Assembly (NCBI GenBank): GCA_964016885.1
Contig: OZ024752.1
Span: forward strand, 868,001-932,000
Source: Eledone cirrhosa
Lineage: Eukaryota
Direction: 5' to 3'
Length of the DNA stretch: 64,000 nucleotides
Part shown: one piece after another, positions 1-14,400 of the stretch
How positions within the stretch are numbered: the first letter of the stretch is position 1
Layout: every line of letters begins with the position of its first letter
Notes under the pieces: model-generated
Seen by the model: only the letters and a program-made list of their open reading frames with translations
What the model was told of the DNA's origin: nothing
Database searches by the model: none
Program-made: the position numbers and the translations under genes

Positions 1-421
1 ACAAGAAGCATCTAATAAAATAAAACAACACAATTCACATAACATATACTCTACAAGATTAATAATTAGTAAGTTTACTGAAATAACATTACACATATTA
101 TATACACAAAAGAACAAACATTGAAACAGCAGACGACATAACAAGCTAAACACAGCTAGGAAAACGAGAGTTCTGTAATACACTAACAGTGTGAGCATGT
201 AGTCCTTTAACTCTCAGCTACAATGCAACAACTACCTCAGGATTATGCAGTAGAGACTTTCACGAACATGCCGACCCCTCTCACCAAAACACTTGGTTTA
301 ACTAATGTTATATGGAATGTAGTCCAAGTTCGCTTTTGCTATACATGTGGTACAACAGAATCCCCAAGGATAGAAAGTTCGGTAACGAAATAGTATCGAT
401 AGATAAAGAAAAGATTATATA

Positions 422-769
422 CCGTATTTGACGGCTTATAAGACACAATTTTTATTTCCAAAAAATGTCCCAGAAAATCACCCTACATCTTATAAGGTCG
501 TGTGTCAATTTGTGCTACTATTTAGTGGAGTTCTAGTGATGGAGTGATTTAATTAAACCCCAACCATCTCCGCAAATGTAAACAAGACGGCGATCCCTTC
601 TACACCAACAATGGTTACTCTTTTCTAAGGTAACAATGTATAAAATTGGTACTAAAATATTACAACTAGAATTACGATGTAAAATGGTAATAAAAAAACT
701 GACATTCGTAGTTTAAACCCATTTAAAAAAAATTAAATGACTGCTCAAATTTAGGTGCATCAAATACGG
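422..769. mobile_element. Tc1/mariner-pogo-type MITE
   Basis: TIRs ccgtatttga / tcaaatacgg with TA on both sides. A second right-TIR-like copy lies at ~805-824. Confidence 0.65.
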
Positions 770-1649
770 TATTTTTTGTTGTTGTTTAGCTCCTAATATG
801 ACCATTATAAGTCGTCAAATACCGTCATTTTTTATTTTTGTTTAGCTCCTTATATGGGCATTACTTTTTAAAAGATAGTAAGGTGTGATATGAGGGAGAT
901 TTGGTTACTAATTCTAGTAGGTCGAGCGTAATAAAATATCTTCCCCTTCTGTGCAATTGAAACATTTAAATTTACGGCTGGCAAAGAACTTTAGACGACT
1001 ACTTTTGGAAATTGTAAAAGAACATACACGTTCCAGCATTTCCACAAATACAACGGTCAGTTAGGATAAGGGTTTCTAGTCACTTTCGTTGACGAGAAAC
1101 TGCATTAACAAGAAAATTCATGAACCTGATTCAAGGGAAACAACTTGTAAAAAATTAACCACATTCCAGGGAGGTAACTTTATTACATACATTTCGACCG
1201 CACAAAGGTTTTTCTTATCGGGGGGGAAAAAATTAAGAAAATAAAAAACAAAAACCAATTTTGAGTTTTTTCGTTAAATGTTTGTTAGGTTCTGTGATAA
1301 GACGAATAGAATGGCAAGGCACAATGGACGTTTTATTAAATAGATTACCCGAAGAAACATTCCATCACATACGAATAATGTAACTTGATAGTATAAATAG
1401 AAGTGTTTTTTTATTGCCATAATCATAAGGGAAAGAGCAGTGTCCATGACATTTTACAGGGGTTCAGATACTGGTGGAGGGAAGAGAGAAAAACACCATG
1501 ACTCGGGGATTATTACAATTGAAAGCATCATCACCATCATCACGAGTTAACATCAATTTTCTATTCTTACATGATTTAAAGAGGTTATCCTGTGTTGAGG
1601 CCAGGCTGGTCAAATGACTACTCCTTCCTGCTTGTATGCTTTGGCTTGG

Positions 1650-2050
1650 CCTGGTATCTACAACTGGATGCCCTTCCTAATTCCAACCACATTACAGCGT
1701 GTATTAGGCGCATGGTTTCTACAACTGGATGCTTTTCCAAATGTTAACCACTTTACAGCATGTATTAGGAATATGGTTTCTACAGCTGGATGCCCTTCCT
1801 AATGCCAACCGCATTACAGCATGTATTAGGAGCAAAGTTTCTACAGCTGGATGCCCTTCCTAATGCCAACCGCATTACAGCATGTATTAGGAGCAAAGTT
1901 TCTACAGCTGGATGCCCTTCCTGATGTCATCCACATTACAGCGTACATTAGGAGCAAGGTTTTTACAGCTGGCCCTTGCAAGCAGGGAAAAGCGGATGTA
2001 AAATGATGATGATGCTCTTCTAAATGCTAACCACTTTACAGTGTGTAGTG
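1650..2050 (-). repeat. Tandem ~61-bp unit derived from the RTE 3' UTR motif
   Basis: About 5-6 copies of tttctacagctggatgcccttcctaatgccaaccgcattacagcatgtattaggagcaaag. The reverse complement matches LINE 3' ends at ~28935 and ~43540. Confidence 0.75.
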
Positions 2051-2638
2051 GTTGCATTTTATTGTGACTCTGGTACAACCACTTTACAAGGTGTTTTTCA
2101 TCGTTTCACCAACACTATCACTTTACAGAGTGGGTTTTATGCATTCTAATGTGGCACCAGCACTGCCTCAGTACAAAACTAGGCTGTGATTTTTATGTAT
2201 CGTTGTAAATAAAACACACACATAAATACATATGTGTGTTTGTGTGTCCCTGTGCCTGTGTCCTGTCCATCTCTGCTCTAATTTTATGTCATCTTCACGT
2301 GACAAATTTAAAATAAAATTCTGATGTAATTCACACTAAACTACGATTAGAACAATTGGCTTGATACACAGAAAAGAAAATTGTGAAATTAAATTGAGGT
2401 TGATTGTATCAAATTTTCTGAAAAAATTTATTTAAATAATGAAGACAAAAATGATTAAAAATACTGATGATAACATTAGCAATGACAATATGTCAGCTTA
2501 TAAATACTTAAAAGTCATATAGGTCAGACATTTTGTATTTAGTAATAATAGACTGTTGGAGAATTTCCAAGATTACTCCATTGTGTTTCATAATTTTATT
2601 TCTGCTCCCAGTTTGAAATATCTTCTGAGTTCTAATAT

Positions 2639-2754
2639 TTATGATTTCCGATAATCTCGTTTGGCATTGCTGATTTTTATTGTGAAAGCTTTATGAAATA
2701 CGGCCTTAGTTACTTCCGTCAAGTTGTACTCATCACACAGGGACATGTAAAACA
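2639..2754 (-). CDS. BEN-domain protein, last coding exon (end of BEN domain, stop)
   Basis: Acceptor ttacag, phase 1 matching exon 3. Reads MFYMSLCDEYNLTEVTKAVFHKAFTIKISNAKRDYRKS*, with the basic K..N.KR terminal helix typical of BEN domains. Absent from the ORF track. Total CDS 25+701+283+116=1125 nt. Confidence 0.85.
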
Positions 2755-3480
2755 CTGTAAGTTAATGAAAAAGGAGGAAAGATTGTTATTCAATTAATGG
2801 GAGAAAGAAATGAGAAGATTTTTTTTTTGAATCAAACTATAAAAATACAATTAAAAGTGAAAAACAAAAAAAAAAAGGATTTATCTTCACAATCACTATG
2901 ACCAGCATCTCCCCCTCTCCCATTAATTTCATGACTATAATTAAAACCTCTACGACTAACATCACTATCATGAGTATTAAAACCCATTCCCTAGCACCAA
3001 TATCACCAGCAGAACCACCATAACCATTAAGACTACCATTGCAACCACTAAAATTGGACCCTCTACATGGTCATTTACTCTGCTAGAAATAGCATCTAAA
3101 TTTCATTCTATCATCTTGGAAAAGGAAGGATGCAATGTACATATAGATACATAAAAGGACATGATGGTTATAGCTGGAAAACTTTTGATCATAGTTCTAC
3201 TCAGCTATGTCTGATCTAGAATTAAACAACAAAAGCCCACAGTATGACCATCTCCAAGTACCATTACATTTTATCACACTATCTTTACAAACTTCACCAG
3301 GATTATTACAACAAATCCCAACATTGCTGAAAATAGCAGTTACATTTGGTTTCATAAAGGACACACTGGATAATGTAATCTTAGATACACTGTCTGGAAA
3401 AAGATAGGATAGTTATAACTAGGAAGCTTTGTATATACCTGTAGGATCATAGCTGAGACGGGGATTATTAAAAGCAAACA

Positions 3481-4090
3481 CCACCTCCTTTGGTCAACAT
3501 CACCACCTCTACTACCACCTCTACTACCACTATCACTGCTACCACCTCCCTTTGTCAACATCACCACAACTACCACCTCTACTACCACTATCACCAACAC
3601 CACATCCCTTTGTCAACATCACCACAACTACCACCTCTACTACTACTATCACCAACACCACATCCCTTTGTCAACATCACCACAACTACCACCTCTACTA
3701 CTACTATCACCAACACCACATCCCTTTGTCAACATCACCACAACTACCACCTCTACTACCACTATCACCAACACCACATCCCTTTGTCAACATCACCACA
3801 ACTACCACCTCTACTACCACTATCACTGCTACCACCTCCCTTTGTCAACATCACCACAACTACCACCTCTACTACTACTATCACCAACACCACATCCCTT
3901 TGTCAACATCACCACAACTACCACCTCTACTACTACTATCACCAACACCACCTCCCTTTGTCAACATCACCACAACTACCATCTCTACTACCACTATCAC
4001 CAACACCACATCCCTTTGTCAACATCACCACCACAACTACCACCTTTACTACCACTATCACCTCTACTACCACTATCACCAATACCACCA
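3481..4090. repeat. 58-bp minisatellite (~10 copies) in the last intron
   Basis: Unit ccctttgtcaacatcaccacaactaccacctctactaccactatcaccaacaccacat. It explains the repetitive ORFs in all three + frames. Confidence 0.95.
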
Positions 4091-4295
4091 CTGTCTACTG
4101 TGGTACTAGATATGTTGTTGAAAAAATGAAACGATAGAACCACAACAATAATAATCACACCATCACTATCTTCCAACACCACCACCACCACCACCACCAC
4201 CACCATTGTGTCCTTCCTTTTTTGAGACATTCCAATCTTGACCATGATATGGTCATGATTGGAATGTCTCAAAAAAGGAAGGACACACATCTTAA

Positions 4296-4658
4296 CCCTT
4301 TAGAATTTAAACCGGCCATATCCGGCCAGAATTCTCTCACCTCTTTCTGTTCAAACCGGCCATAACTGGCCACTCATACTGATGTTAAGGTATTGTTCTT
4401 AAAATAAATATCAAAATTTTGTAGATTTGATATAGTTGTTTCTACTTTTGGCACAAGGCCAGCAATTAAATCAGTGTATTACTGGTGCTTTATTTTATCG
4501 ACCCCGTAAGGATGAAAGGCAAATTTAACCTTGGCAGAGTTTGAACTCAGACCATAAAGGGCTGTAACTCTTTGCTGCAAAGCATGGCATCTATGTGAAA
4601 TAATGTGTTTACTATGAAAATACAATAGTAAATATAAAGTAATGTAAATGTTAAAGGG
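4296..4658. mobile_element. piggyBac-type MITE with a nested SINE (~4435-4590, minus)
   Basis: TTAA|CCCTTTAGAATTTA ... TAAATGTTAAAGGG|TTAA. An uninterrupted copy lies at 11220-11424 and a right-end fragment at ~5860-5985. Confidence 0.8.
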
Positions 4659-4727
4659 TTAAGTCTACTAAATTGGTGTTGATTTGAGCAAACAACGAAA
4701 ATACTGAAAAGATAAAATAGTACGTAC

Positions 4728-5010
4728 TTTCAATAGCGTCAACTTTTCTTCGATCAAGGGGTTGCCCACTTTCTGTCTTGGTGCGTCTCAGACCGAGACC
4801 AGAGGAATGTTTTAGTTCCCATTTTGAGAAGACCAAATTTATTGCTCCTTGCAAGATTGATAGACTGAAGTAGTGCATGCTAACAGGTGAACTAGGCCTC
4901 TTGGCATTGACTACTCGGTCCATAAGAACTTGTAGTCGTACTTTATCTACAAGGATATCTGGGTAGGTATCAGAGCCATCGGTATTAACAACACTCAGTA
5001 ATGGAACCAT
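4728..5010 (-). CDS. BEN-domain protein, coding exon 3 (N-terminal part of BEN domain)
   Basis: Acceptor ctctcttcag|ATG and donor GAAA|gtacgt. The peptide LQGAINLVFSKWELKHSSGLG...QPLDRRKVDAIE matches the BEN pattern (L..VFS..EL...S..G...LD..K..AI). Confidence 0.85.
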
Positions 5011-6014
5011 CTGAAGAGAGAAAATAATAGAATTTCTAAGAAGTTTGTTTCATTCACAACTTTTTGGGTTTGATCTTACTATACATCACATTGAGAAACA
5101 AGTGCCCTATACTACAGACTCAGGCTGACAAAAGTGTTGTGAGAGAAACTGAATGTAAGTCTGTTGGATGTGTGTGTATGTGTGTGTGTATATATATATG
5201 AGGGTGTTGTTTGCTTGGAGCATTGTATGAAAGTCGGATAACAACAATAGCATGAATTCTTTTGAAGAAGGGATTTTAGATCCGAAATATTAGGACAGCT
5301 AAATTAAATCTACCGTCTATTTTGCATTGCTATAACCTTAGAATAACACACTGCTTTATATATATAGGGTGGTCGTGTAGGTGTCATGACTCAAAGCACC
5401 CAGCACACACTATAAATGTGGTTGGTGTTAGGAAGGGCTTCCAGCTGTAGAAATCTAGCCAGAAACAGTCCTATATGAACAAGACACAGTCATCAGATCC
5501 AACTTGCCTCTAATAGGACAACCTGTCTAAGCCATGATAGCATGGAAAATGGACATTGAACAATGATATATATATATATATATATATTAGAATGTACATT
5601 TAAAACACCATAGCATTTAAAACATTCAAATATATTCAATTTTATTTGGTCAGCAGCTAAGGTGACTCTTATTATGAGTTGATATAGATTATTATTTGTG
5701 GTTTTCCTTTTCTTTAGTTTTATTTCCATTATCATTATTATTATTATGTAAAGTGGTAGTGAGGTGTCACTCCAAAAAGCGACCTGTCCACACTGTAAAG
5801 TGATCATATAGGTGTCACGACAAAAAGCACCCAGTACACACAGTAAAATGGTCATGTAGGTATTGCTCTCAAAATAAATAATATCAAAATCTCAGAGATT
5901 CGATATTATGTGAGATATTGTTAGATAAAGCCTTTACAGTGAAAATACAATAGTAAATATAGAGTAATGTAAATGCTAAAGCGTTAAGGAAAGCATTTAG
6001 GAAAAAAAACTTAC

Positions 6015-6715
6015 CTGATGTTTGACAGACTGTTCAGGAAATCCTACATATAAGTCTTGATTTAGTTGACTGTTAAAATCAAAACTGGTCTCTTGCTTAA
6101 GTTGACCACTGTTGTTAACATTTTCTGATTCAGATGAGTAAGCAGGTTCAACAATGATGTCATTGCTGTACCTATCTTCATCATCATCAATAACATTATC
6201 ATTGGTATCACCGTTGTCATCATCATCATCATCATCATCATCAAGATTAATATCATTCACTTCAGACATATGATGTGAAAGCTGTAGTTGTAGATGCTGT
6301 TGGTCACAGTGCTGTTGACGTTGCTGTTGGTCTAGTTTTCGTTGTTGTTGTTGTTGTGGAAGCGGTGGTGGTGGTTGATGAAAAACATTTCTTTCCTGGT
6401 GATGTTGCAGCACTGAATGACACCCAGAGTGCAGTTGGATCTCTTCATGGGTTGCTGGCAGTAGTGGTGCAAGAGATGGTTGTGATGATGACTGTGGTGG
6501 CACACGTTTTGGTGTTGGTGGTGGTGGAGGAGGAGAAGCTTTGAATGTGTTGTTGGTGTGGCTGATGTCTTCATTCGAAGATATTGTATTGTAGGGACTA
6601 AAAGTCATAGCATCAAAGAGGGGGATGAGTCCATTTTCAACTTGGTCAGCCAATCTTCGAAGAAATTGCACAAATGCACCACGCATCACTGCTTCATTAT
6701 AAACAATATCTTCCG
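6015..6715 (-). CDS. BEN-domain protein, coding exon 2 (helical N-terminal segment, then Pro/Gln/His/Asp-rich low-complexity linker)
   Basis: 701-nt open exon inside ORF 5997..6734, with acceptor tgtttttcag and donor CAG|gtaagt. Phase 1 in, phase 0 out. Confidence 0.85.
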
Positions 6716-6909
6716 CTGAAAAACAATTGCACATTTATAGTTTAATCAAATTTTGTATACAGAGAAAACATTTACATGATCATAAGTTGCTCTTATAGCA
6801 ATAAGAAAAGACAGTAGGACAAGACACATTTGTGATAATATTTATCACTTCTCCCCCTTCACTTGTTTCAGTTATTGGACTTACAGTTGAGTGGTTAGAG
6901 GTACAGAAC

Positions 6910-7840
6910 ATCATATGGGAAAAGTGTGTACAAAATGAGACTGGTGCATTCAGCATCATGGATGCTCAAAAGAAGGTGGCTTGGAAATACTATTACAAGA
7001 GGTTGATGAATATGGAGAATGAGTGAAAGGAAGAGAGACTACCCTCAGCTGACTCAACAGAGGGACCAGCTATGGAAATAGACAGTTATAGGGTTAAGAA
7101 AGCAATCAAGGAGATGAAAAATGGTAAGGTTGCTGGGCTATCAGAAATAGTTGGTGAGATACTGAAATCTTCTGGGGATGTAGGAGTTAAACTAGTCACT
7201 CATAAAATCAATCAGGTAGTATAAGATGGTGTCATACTTAATGACTGGTCTAGCAGTATGCTCATCAATTGCTATAAGGAAAAAAGTGAGGCATAGAAAA
7301 GAGCAATTGCAGGAGCATAAAACTAATGAACCAGGTAATGAAAGTGATTGAAAGAGTTTTAGCACAGCTCCTTATGGAAAGCATTAAATTAGATGAGATG
7401 CAGTTTGGTTTTGTGCCAGGGAGGAGTGCTACAGATACTGTCCTCCTAGTGGGATAACTACAAGAGTGGCTCTTAACTAAGAATAAGCCTCTATATTTAG
7501 CTTTTGTTGATCTAGAGAAGGCTTTTGACAGTACCTTGTTCTGTCATTGGTGATTTTAAAGAAAGTAGGCATAACAGAATGGCTTGTAAGAGCAGTGCAT
7601 GCCATATACAGAGAAGCAGTCAGTAAAGTGAGAATAGGCAATGATTTTGGTGAGGAATTCAAGGTGTGTGTTCGTCAGGCTAAGTCCTCAGTCCTCAGCC
7701 TACTTCTATTTATTATAGTTTTCCAGGCCATAACAGAGGAGTTTAAGGCAGCATAGAAACTCCTGTATGATGATGACCTGGTTCTTATAGTCAAATCAAT
7801 GGAAGAGCTAGAGAACAAATTCTGGCCTTGGAAGTAGAAC
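6910..7840 (+). mobile_element. Degenerate RTE-clade LINE, RT region
   Basis: Disrupted motifs QFGFVPGRS, LAFVDLEKAFD and LSLLLFIIV, and LLYDDDLV for the YADD motif. Confidence 0.85.
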
Positions 7841-10800
7841 TATTGTTTGCAAAATGTGATATAGAATAGAAAAATAAAACCTGCCTTATGATGGAGATCA
7901 AATCATACCAGTTACATCTGGTAAGATAGAAGGCAGAAATGAGTAAAGTAAGTTAGCTTCTATGAACCTGGTGTAAAGCCCTGATCTGAAGTCCAATGTA
8001 ATATGGGCCTGTAATTCCTGATGGAGTCATCAGGGTGCTGTAGTGGCATACAGCTATCTCCTCTCCAGGCCTGAATACAGTAGATTTCTTCCAGAGAAGT
8101 ATAGAAATGGAGAGAGAGGAAGTGAAAAAGAGATATAAAGGAAGAATCGACTCTGGCACTTTTTTTTTATTGACCTAGAAAGAATGAAAGGAAAAGTTGA
8201 CCTTGGTGGGATATGAACTCAGAGAGCCGAGACAAATACCACAAATCATTCTATTCAACATTCTAATGACTGTCAATTTGTCGCCTCCAATGTAATATAT
8301 TGGTAGTTAAATTTCTTTGCTATGAAGCTAACACAGAGACTCACAGTAATCCTCAATTGTACTCCTTACATGTTATTCATGTTAGCAAGCATGAACACTA
8401 CAATTTCCATTTTCTTTCTTTTAAAAATATATGGCTTAATGTTTGCATAAGATACAGCTATTCAAATATTTTTCTATTCAGATAGATGTAAACTTTTGGC
8501 ACTTCCTACTTGTAGTCATTCTCTGTTTACAGAAATGTTATCTATGTGAACAAATTCTCTCTTTGCAAAATCTTGATGTTTTATGTCTGTGTAGCATGTA
8601 AATTATTTATTTTGCTATTTAATTTCCACAGAAATCTAGAATATCTACGCAGTTGCTTGACTTACTAAAAAAAATACACCGCAAAAGCTCTCTCGAAACA
8701 CACTATACTGTCTTAAAAAAAGAAAAAGATATATTGGATAATGAGGTCTTTAGCTAAAAATAGAAAATTACATGATGGTCACAGCCAGAGCACATTTTAC
8801 TATAGGTCTGCTCTATCATGGCGAATCTTAGGCTGAACAACAACAGCATCAACTAAGTGAACAGCTTATGGATTCAGCTAACCAGTTTCACTTATATTAC
8901 TAACATCTTTGGAAGAGAGGCATGCTTATTATAACTAGAATGTAGTGAAGGCATAGAGGAACCATTCCAAAGCATCATCTCCCACTCAGACACTATGAGA
9001 GTCAGAGGAAGATGTGTCTGCAATCAGACATGCTTTCTGAAGCAGTAAAATGGAGGATGATTCAATACACAGCTCTGCCTCTTACGCAAAATTGGCCATA
9101 TGCCTGGTCAAAAGAAATCATTATCTTCATGGCTAATGACCTCACTCTGCTCTAATGCAATGTATCATATAGTTCTAAACTGAATCGATTTCCATATAGC
9201 TTATCTTTTACCATTTTCTCTCTACTCACTTGCCATTGGCTTTTAAGTTATTTTCAGACAGGAAACTCTTTGTTAAAGGTTATTTATACCAGTGGGCATC
9301 CATACTGTTTTTTATGATTCTATACACTGCTGAAAAATGAAACACCCCTCTTTTCTATCACATATCCTGATTTCTATTCAGGCAGATAACATGCTACATT
9401 GACTACATTGTCAATCACCTTTTGCAATTTGTAGCAACCTGCAGCTAACTCTAAGGGAATATGCATATGATCTAAACTGATTTTTAAAAGAAATATCCTG
9501 ATTAATTTCCATGTCGATTAACACATTCTTTTTCTTTGTTTCCTTTGTTATAATGTTAATGATATTTACTAGATACTCTATATTATTTTTATTTTGTAAT
9601 AGAAGTTTCCAGCAAAATTGTTATAGCTTTTGTTATTATTTTTCTTCCTCTTCTTCTCATTATTATTAGAATGGTGAAGAGGTAGGCAGGAATAGGTAGA
9701 TCAGAGGATTAAATGCCTGCAGAATTTAGTTCCATCCTTTTACATTTTAATTTCAAATCCTACTAGAGCTGCTTCTGCTTATTATTCTCTATAAAACAAT
9801 TACCAGCTATGTACACAGTGTATTCATTCAATTTATAATATATCTTCTCTTTAAGTTTGTGGCAATATTCCAACTTAAGAAATTATTAATATTTAGATTG
9901 GCAGGATTGGCTATTGAATCTCATTGTATTAAAAGTTAGAATCCTGCTGTTAGTGACTTTGCACCTGAAGGTTGAATTAAGTACAGGTTCAAAATAACTA
10001 ACTACACCACTACCACAAAGTTTGTGGTGTTGCATCATCATCGTCACTTATTTTCTATGCTTGCATGGGTCAGATGGGTTGATCACGCTATGAGACAAAT
10101 CTGGTCAGCTGGCCATGATCAACCTTGCTTAAATGGAACTGCATTTTGCCCAGTTCTATTTTCTACAGCTGGATGCCCTTCTTAACATCAGCTACCTTTA
10201 CAATGTAGAACTGGATGGTTCTGTTATGAGGAGGGTCTGGCCATTTGACCATGCTGTACCTTGTTCTAACAAAGCTGTATTTTGGCTGTTTTTTTACAGC
10301 TGGATGCCCCTCCTAACACCAACCATGCTTACAGGTTGGCCGGTTATGTGAGGAATCTGGCAAAATGGTTGCACCATACCCTTCTCATAAGCAGATCCAT
10401 ATTTGGGAGTTAGGTGGACCTGTAATGAGGTAGGCCTGGCCAGTTGGCCGCATCGAGCCTTGCTCATAGCGGGGCATCATCATCATCATCGTTTAACATC
10501 TATCTTCCACGCTAGCATGGGTTTAGAATCTATGTTAGAAATTGTTATAGTTATATTTGCTGATAGAGAAGCATAACAATTCTTAATGATAATGGCTGTA
10601 GGATTAGCAGAAACAGTAGAGCAATACACAAAATATTGGATGATTGGTGGAATTAGTAAAGCAATAAATGATATGTCTTTACATTCACCATCGTAAACAT
10701 CCTTTTTACCCTCAGGTCTCGAATAATCGCTTCCTTCTCTTATTATTTTTTCCAACCCTGCTTATTAAATTTTGCTAATCTATCTCTGGTGAAATTTTAT

Positions 10801-11219
10801 TTTAAGTGGCATTCCTGCAACAATTAATTTTTTTTATACATTAAAAAATATTATACATGACAAAAGAAGTACATTACTAGAAATCTTATACGTTATAAAA
10901 TAAATAGAATGGGTTGGGGTCCCAGTATGCAAACTAAATGACTAATTCTGGTTTTACAAAAATCAACTGAGACAACATAGAAAAATTATCGATTTTCCAC
11001 CCACCTCATTTACTCACCCACCAGCTTATTCCAACTCCCCCTATTCTTCCCAGGTCTTCCCCTACTGCAGCTTCCTTCCACCAGGAACTCCTGCCCAAGT
11101 CGAAATTTTGCTGCGGTCAACTTAGCTCTTCATCCTTTAAGGATAAATAAAATAAAGTACCAGTTATGTACTGGAGTCAATTTAATTGACTTTCGCCTCT
11201 CCCAGTTATTGTTGTTTAA

Positions 11220-11424
11220 CCCTTTAGTATTTAAACTGGCTTATCTGGCCACAATTCTCTCACCTCTTTCTGTTCAAACCGGTCATAACTGGCTTGAACT
11301 TATGTTAAGGTATTGTTCTCAAAATAAATAATATCAAATTCTTGCAGATTCGATATTATGTGAGATAAGGTGTCTACTGTAAAAATACAATAGTAAATAT
11401 AAAGTAATGTAAATGCTAAAAATG
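11220..11424. mobile_element. piggyBac-type MITE (same family as 4296-4658)
   Basis: TTAA flanks, CCCTTTAG left TIR and shared internal sequence (ttctctcacctct...ttcaaaccgg). Confidence 0.75.
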
Positions 11425-13604
11425 TTAATCCTAAATCAGTACTAATTAACCATTTTGAAACCATCTCTAGTTCAATAATACAAAACTTCTAATTTTAAAA
11501 TGTCTATCCTTATATTAAAAGCTTCCATCATAAATTTATTTAATAAATTTTTGTTACTAGGATTTTTTTTCAACACACATATGTGTGTGTGTGTGTGTGT
11601 GTGTGTTTGTGTGTGTGTTTGTGTGTGTGCATACGATTATATGTATGAGTATATAAATATAAACGCGCAAACACAGACACACAAAAATATACACTCACAG
11701 GCATACATTCACACACATACACATACATTTGCACAAACACACACTCTCACACAGCATAGCAAATGGAACGCCAGACGCTGTTTTGCTATAGTTTTTTTTC
11801 ACCATCCCCTTCCTTCCTTCCTTTTACAGACACATACATTCACACAAATACATATTGTATGACGGCCGGACGAACAGACGGAAGTCACTCCAATTTATAT
11901 AGCGAAGTAATGTTGTAAACATCAGACAGCTTGCTAATGAAAAACTTAGTCATTTGATTAAATTTCTCCAAATATCTGGTTATATTCAAACTTAATTGAA
12001 ACACATAAGCAGTGTATTTCATTAGAAAGTCTAATGAAAGGGTTAAACAGAGCTATGATTAAAGGTACTCTGGCTGTTACCAGCCACCAACCTTGATGAC
12101 TCAGCGCTAGGCAACAACAACAACAACAACACTGTCATCAATGTCATAACTATGACCATCACTTCCATTACCACTGCTTCTAACTACACCACTTCAATTG
12201 TCCCCACTATCATCATCACTATTAACATCCCCACTCCTTCCATAGGCAGCACTTTCTCTCACTGCCAATTCCTGTTGCCACAGCTACTATCCTCCTCCCA
12301 CATCTATCACCACCACCGCCACCCTAAACACCTCTGTTTCCATGACAACCATCACCACCATTGTCATTCCTACCACCCTCATATCTACCACCACCACTGG
12401 CATCCTAAACACTCCTATCTCCTCTACAAATATCCCAATCAATGCTACTCCAAAAAATTCTGTCACTATTATTGTAATCCTCATGACTTTCAACCAGCCA
12501 GCCTTCCATGGCCACCACTGCCCCCCCCCCCCACACTCCACCACCATGACGTTCCACCAATACCATTTCAATCCTCACTATAGCTTTCATCCTACCTTTT
12601 ACATGACTGTTACCACCAGCGTCACCACTCTTACCACTGCCACTTCCACAACCACCACCAAAAGTGCCACAACCATTGCTGCTACTGCTGCTGCCACCAC
12701 CACCAGCAACACAACCAGTTACCACTGCCAACCCAGCATCCACCACCACCACTGCCAACCCAGCATCCACCAACACCACCACATTCACCACCACCACTAC
12801 CACCACAGCCGCGGTGGCAGCCATCACCACCATGACCACTGCCCCCCCCCCCACACACATCCACCACCAGCACCGCCAACCCAGCATGCACCACCACCAC
12901 TCTTACAGCCACCACACACACATCCACCACACACACATCCACCACCATCAACCAGCACCACCAACCCCTTCCACATCTACCATGTACTTCAAGGAGCAGA
13001 TCCCAGCCACAGATATGTTGAAGGCAAGTTATGCAGGTGACAGTCATAAGTGTGATGTTCTAATAGTGACAGGCTGCAATAGTTTGAAGGAGATTCTGTC
13101 TGGATGCTTACCAAAGTTTCAAAAACACATATACACACAAACACACATATACATACATACACACCTGTTGTACATATATACACAAACATTGAAAATGTTA
13201 AATACTGGTGCCGATACATGCCAGCATATGCACACCCACATGCAGAAACAACATAACACATACGCAGACATATACATATTAATGCATACAAGCACATATG
13301 TACAAACACACACACTCTCTCACACACACACACATACAGCTATATTTCTTTTGTTTTTTTTTCTTTTTTATTACATGTCTCCCTATCTCTTTTTGATTAC
13401 CAACTGTAAGGAGAGCTCAATACTTCCCCAAGTCTGTCATGGCTTACTAGCTCTATACGAACGTTTAAATTGAATAAATAACTAAATAACTATATACATG
13501 GTAAGATCAAAAGTGGGTATATATATATTCATATGTGGTTGATCGCTGAGAGAAAGGCGTACTCAATACCAAAGTAGAGTTTTAATATTCATTATTATTA
13601 AGGT

Positions 13605-13760
13605 CGGACGCCATGCTTTCCAGCATAGTTACGTCCCTTTATAGTCTGAGTTCAAATCCCGCCGAGGTTAACTTTGCCTTTCATCCTTACAGGGTCGATA
13701 AAATAAAGTACCAGTAATGCACTGGGATAATTGCTGGCCTTGTGCCAAAAAGTAGAAACA
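13605..13760 (+). mobile_element. 5'-truncated tRNA-derived SINE
   Basis: B-box gagttcaaatcc and family body. 14-bp TSD attattattaaggt. Confidence 0.85.
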
Positions 13761-13871
13761 ATTATTATTAAGGTTAAAAAGAGGGTCTTGTTACTCTGGA
13801 GTTTCTGATGAGCCTGTGATAAACAAACTCCCAAATAACAAGACTTACTTTTCGGCCTTAATAACAATGAA

Positions 13872-13921
<50 letters not shown>

Positions 13922-14060
13922 TGATGGGACTAGCATGAGTTTCACTGCTAGTACCGGTTGCATCTCAGCTTACTCAATAGGTAATGTTATGTAAAATCCC
14001 AGAGTAGACAGATAGTTATTTGCTTTAATACAACACACATAAATGGGTACCTTCAACTAT

Positions 14061-14173
14061 ACCCGTACTCGAGTTTTGGCCACATTTAATGCAGTAATAG
14101 AGTGCACAGATTCCACTGTCTGCATTTATTATGCAACAATGCACACTCGGCGCATGTGGCTTCATCAGCAGGT
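14061..14173 (-). ncRNA. Degenerate Penelope-type hammerhead ribozyme
   Basis: acctg-CTGATGA-a-gccacat...atgtggc-c-AAAA-CTCGAG-TA-cgggt. All three stems form, but the GAAA box reads AAAA. Confidence 0.5.
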
Positions 14174-14400
14174 TTTGCCTAATCAATAACCAATCGATTG
14201 ACAGAATTTGATTCCAGTACGTGTCGGCTATGACAGTGAATGTGACGGTCAACACAATAGTACAAATATATATATGGCTTGTAATCTTTTTAACTAATCA
14301 CTTATCTCTCCTCTTTGATTGGTTTGCTTGCTTAATATTTGATACATATATATAAACAAATTTAACTCTAAAATAGAGTTTTGAAACATGAGTGTATTCG

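Noticed and set aside
3481-4090. CRISPR-like regular repeats (also 37330-38070, 53475-53812, 54390-54655)
   Set aside because: Head-to-tail units without unique spacers, no cas genes and a eukaryotic context.
3490-4137. 215/185/153-aa Thr/His/Pro-rich ORFs
   Set aside because: Translations of a 58-bp minisatellite cycling through frames, antisense within an intron.
12152-13473. Mucin- or His-rich ORFs up to 269 aa
   Set aside because: Degenerate (CAC)n low complexity, open in many frames on both strands, with no convincing splice sites.
13798-13832. ggagttt-CTGATGA-...-aaactcc hairpin
   Set aside because: Lacks the GAAA box, stem III and a cleavage triplet.
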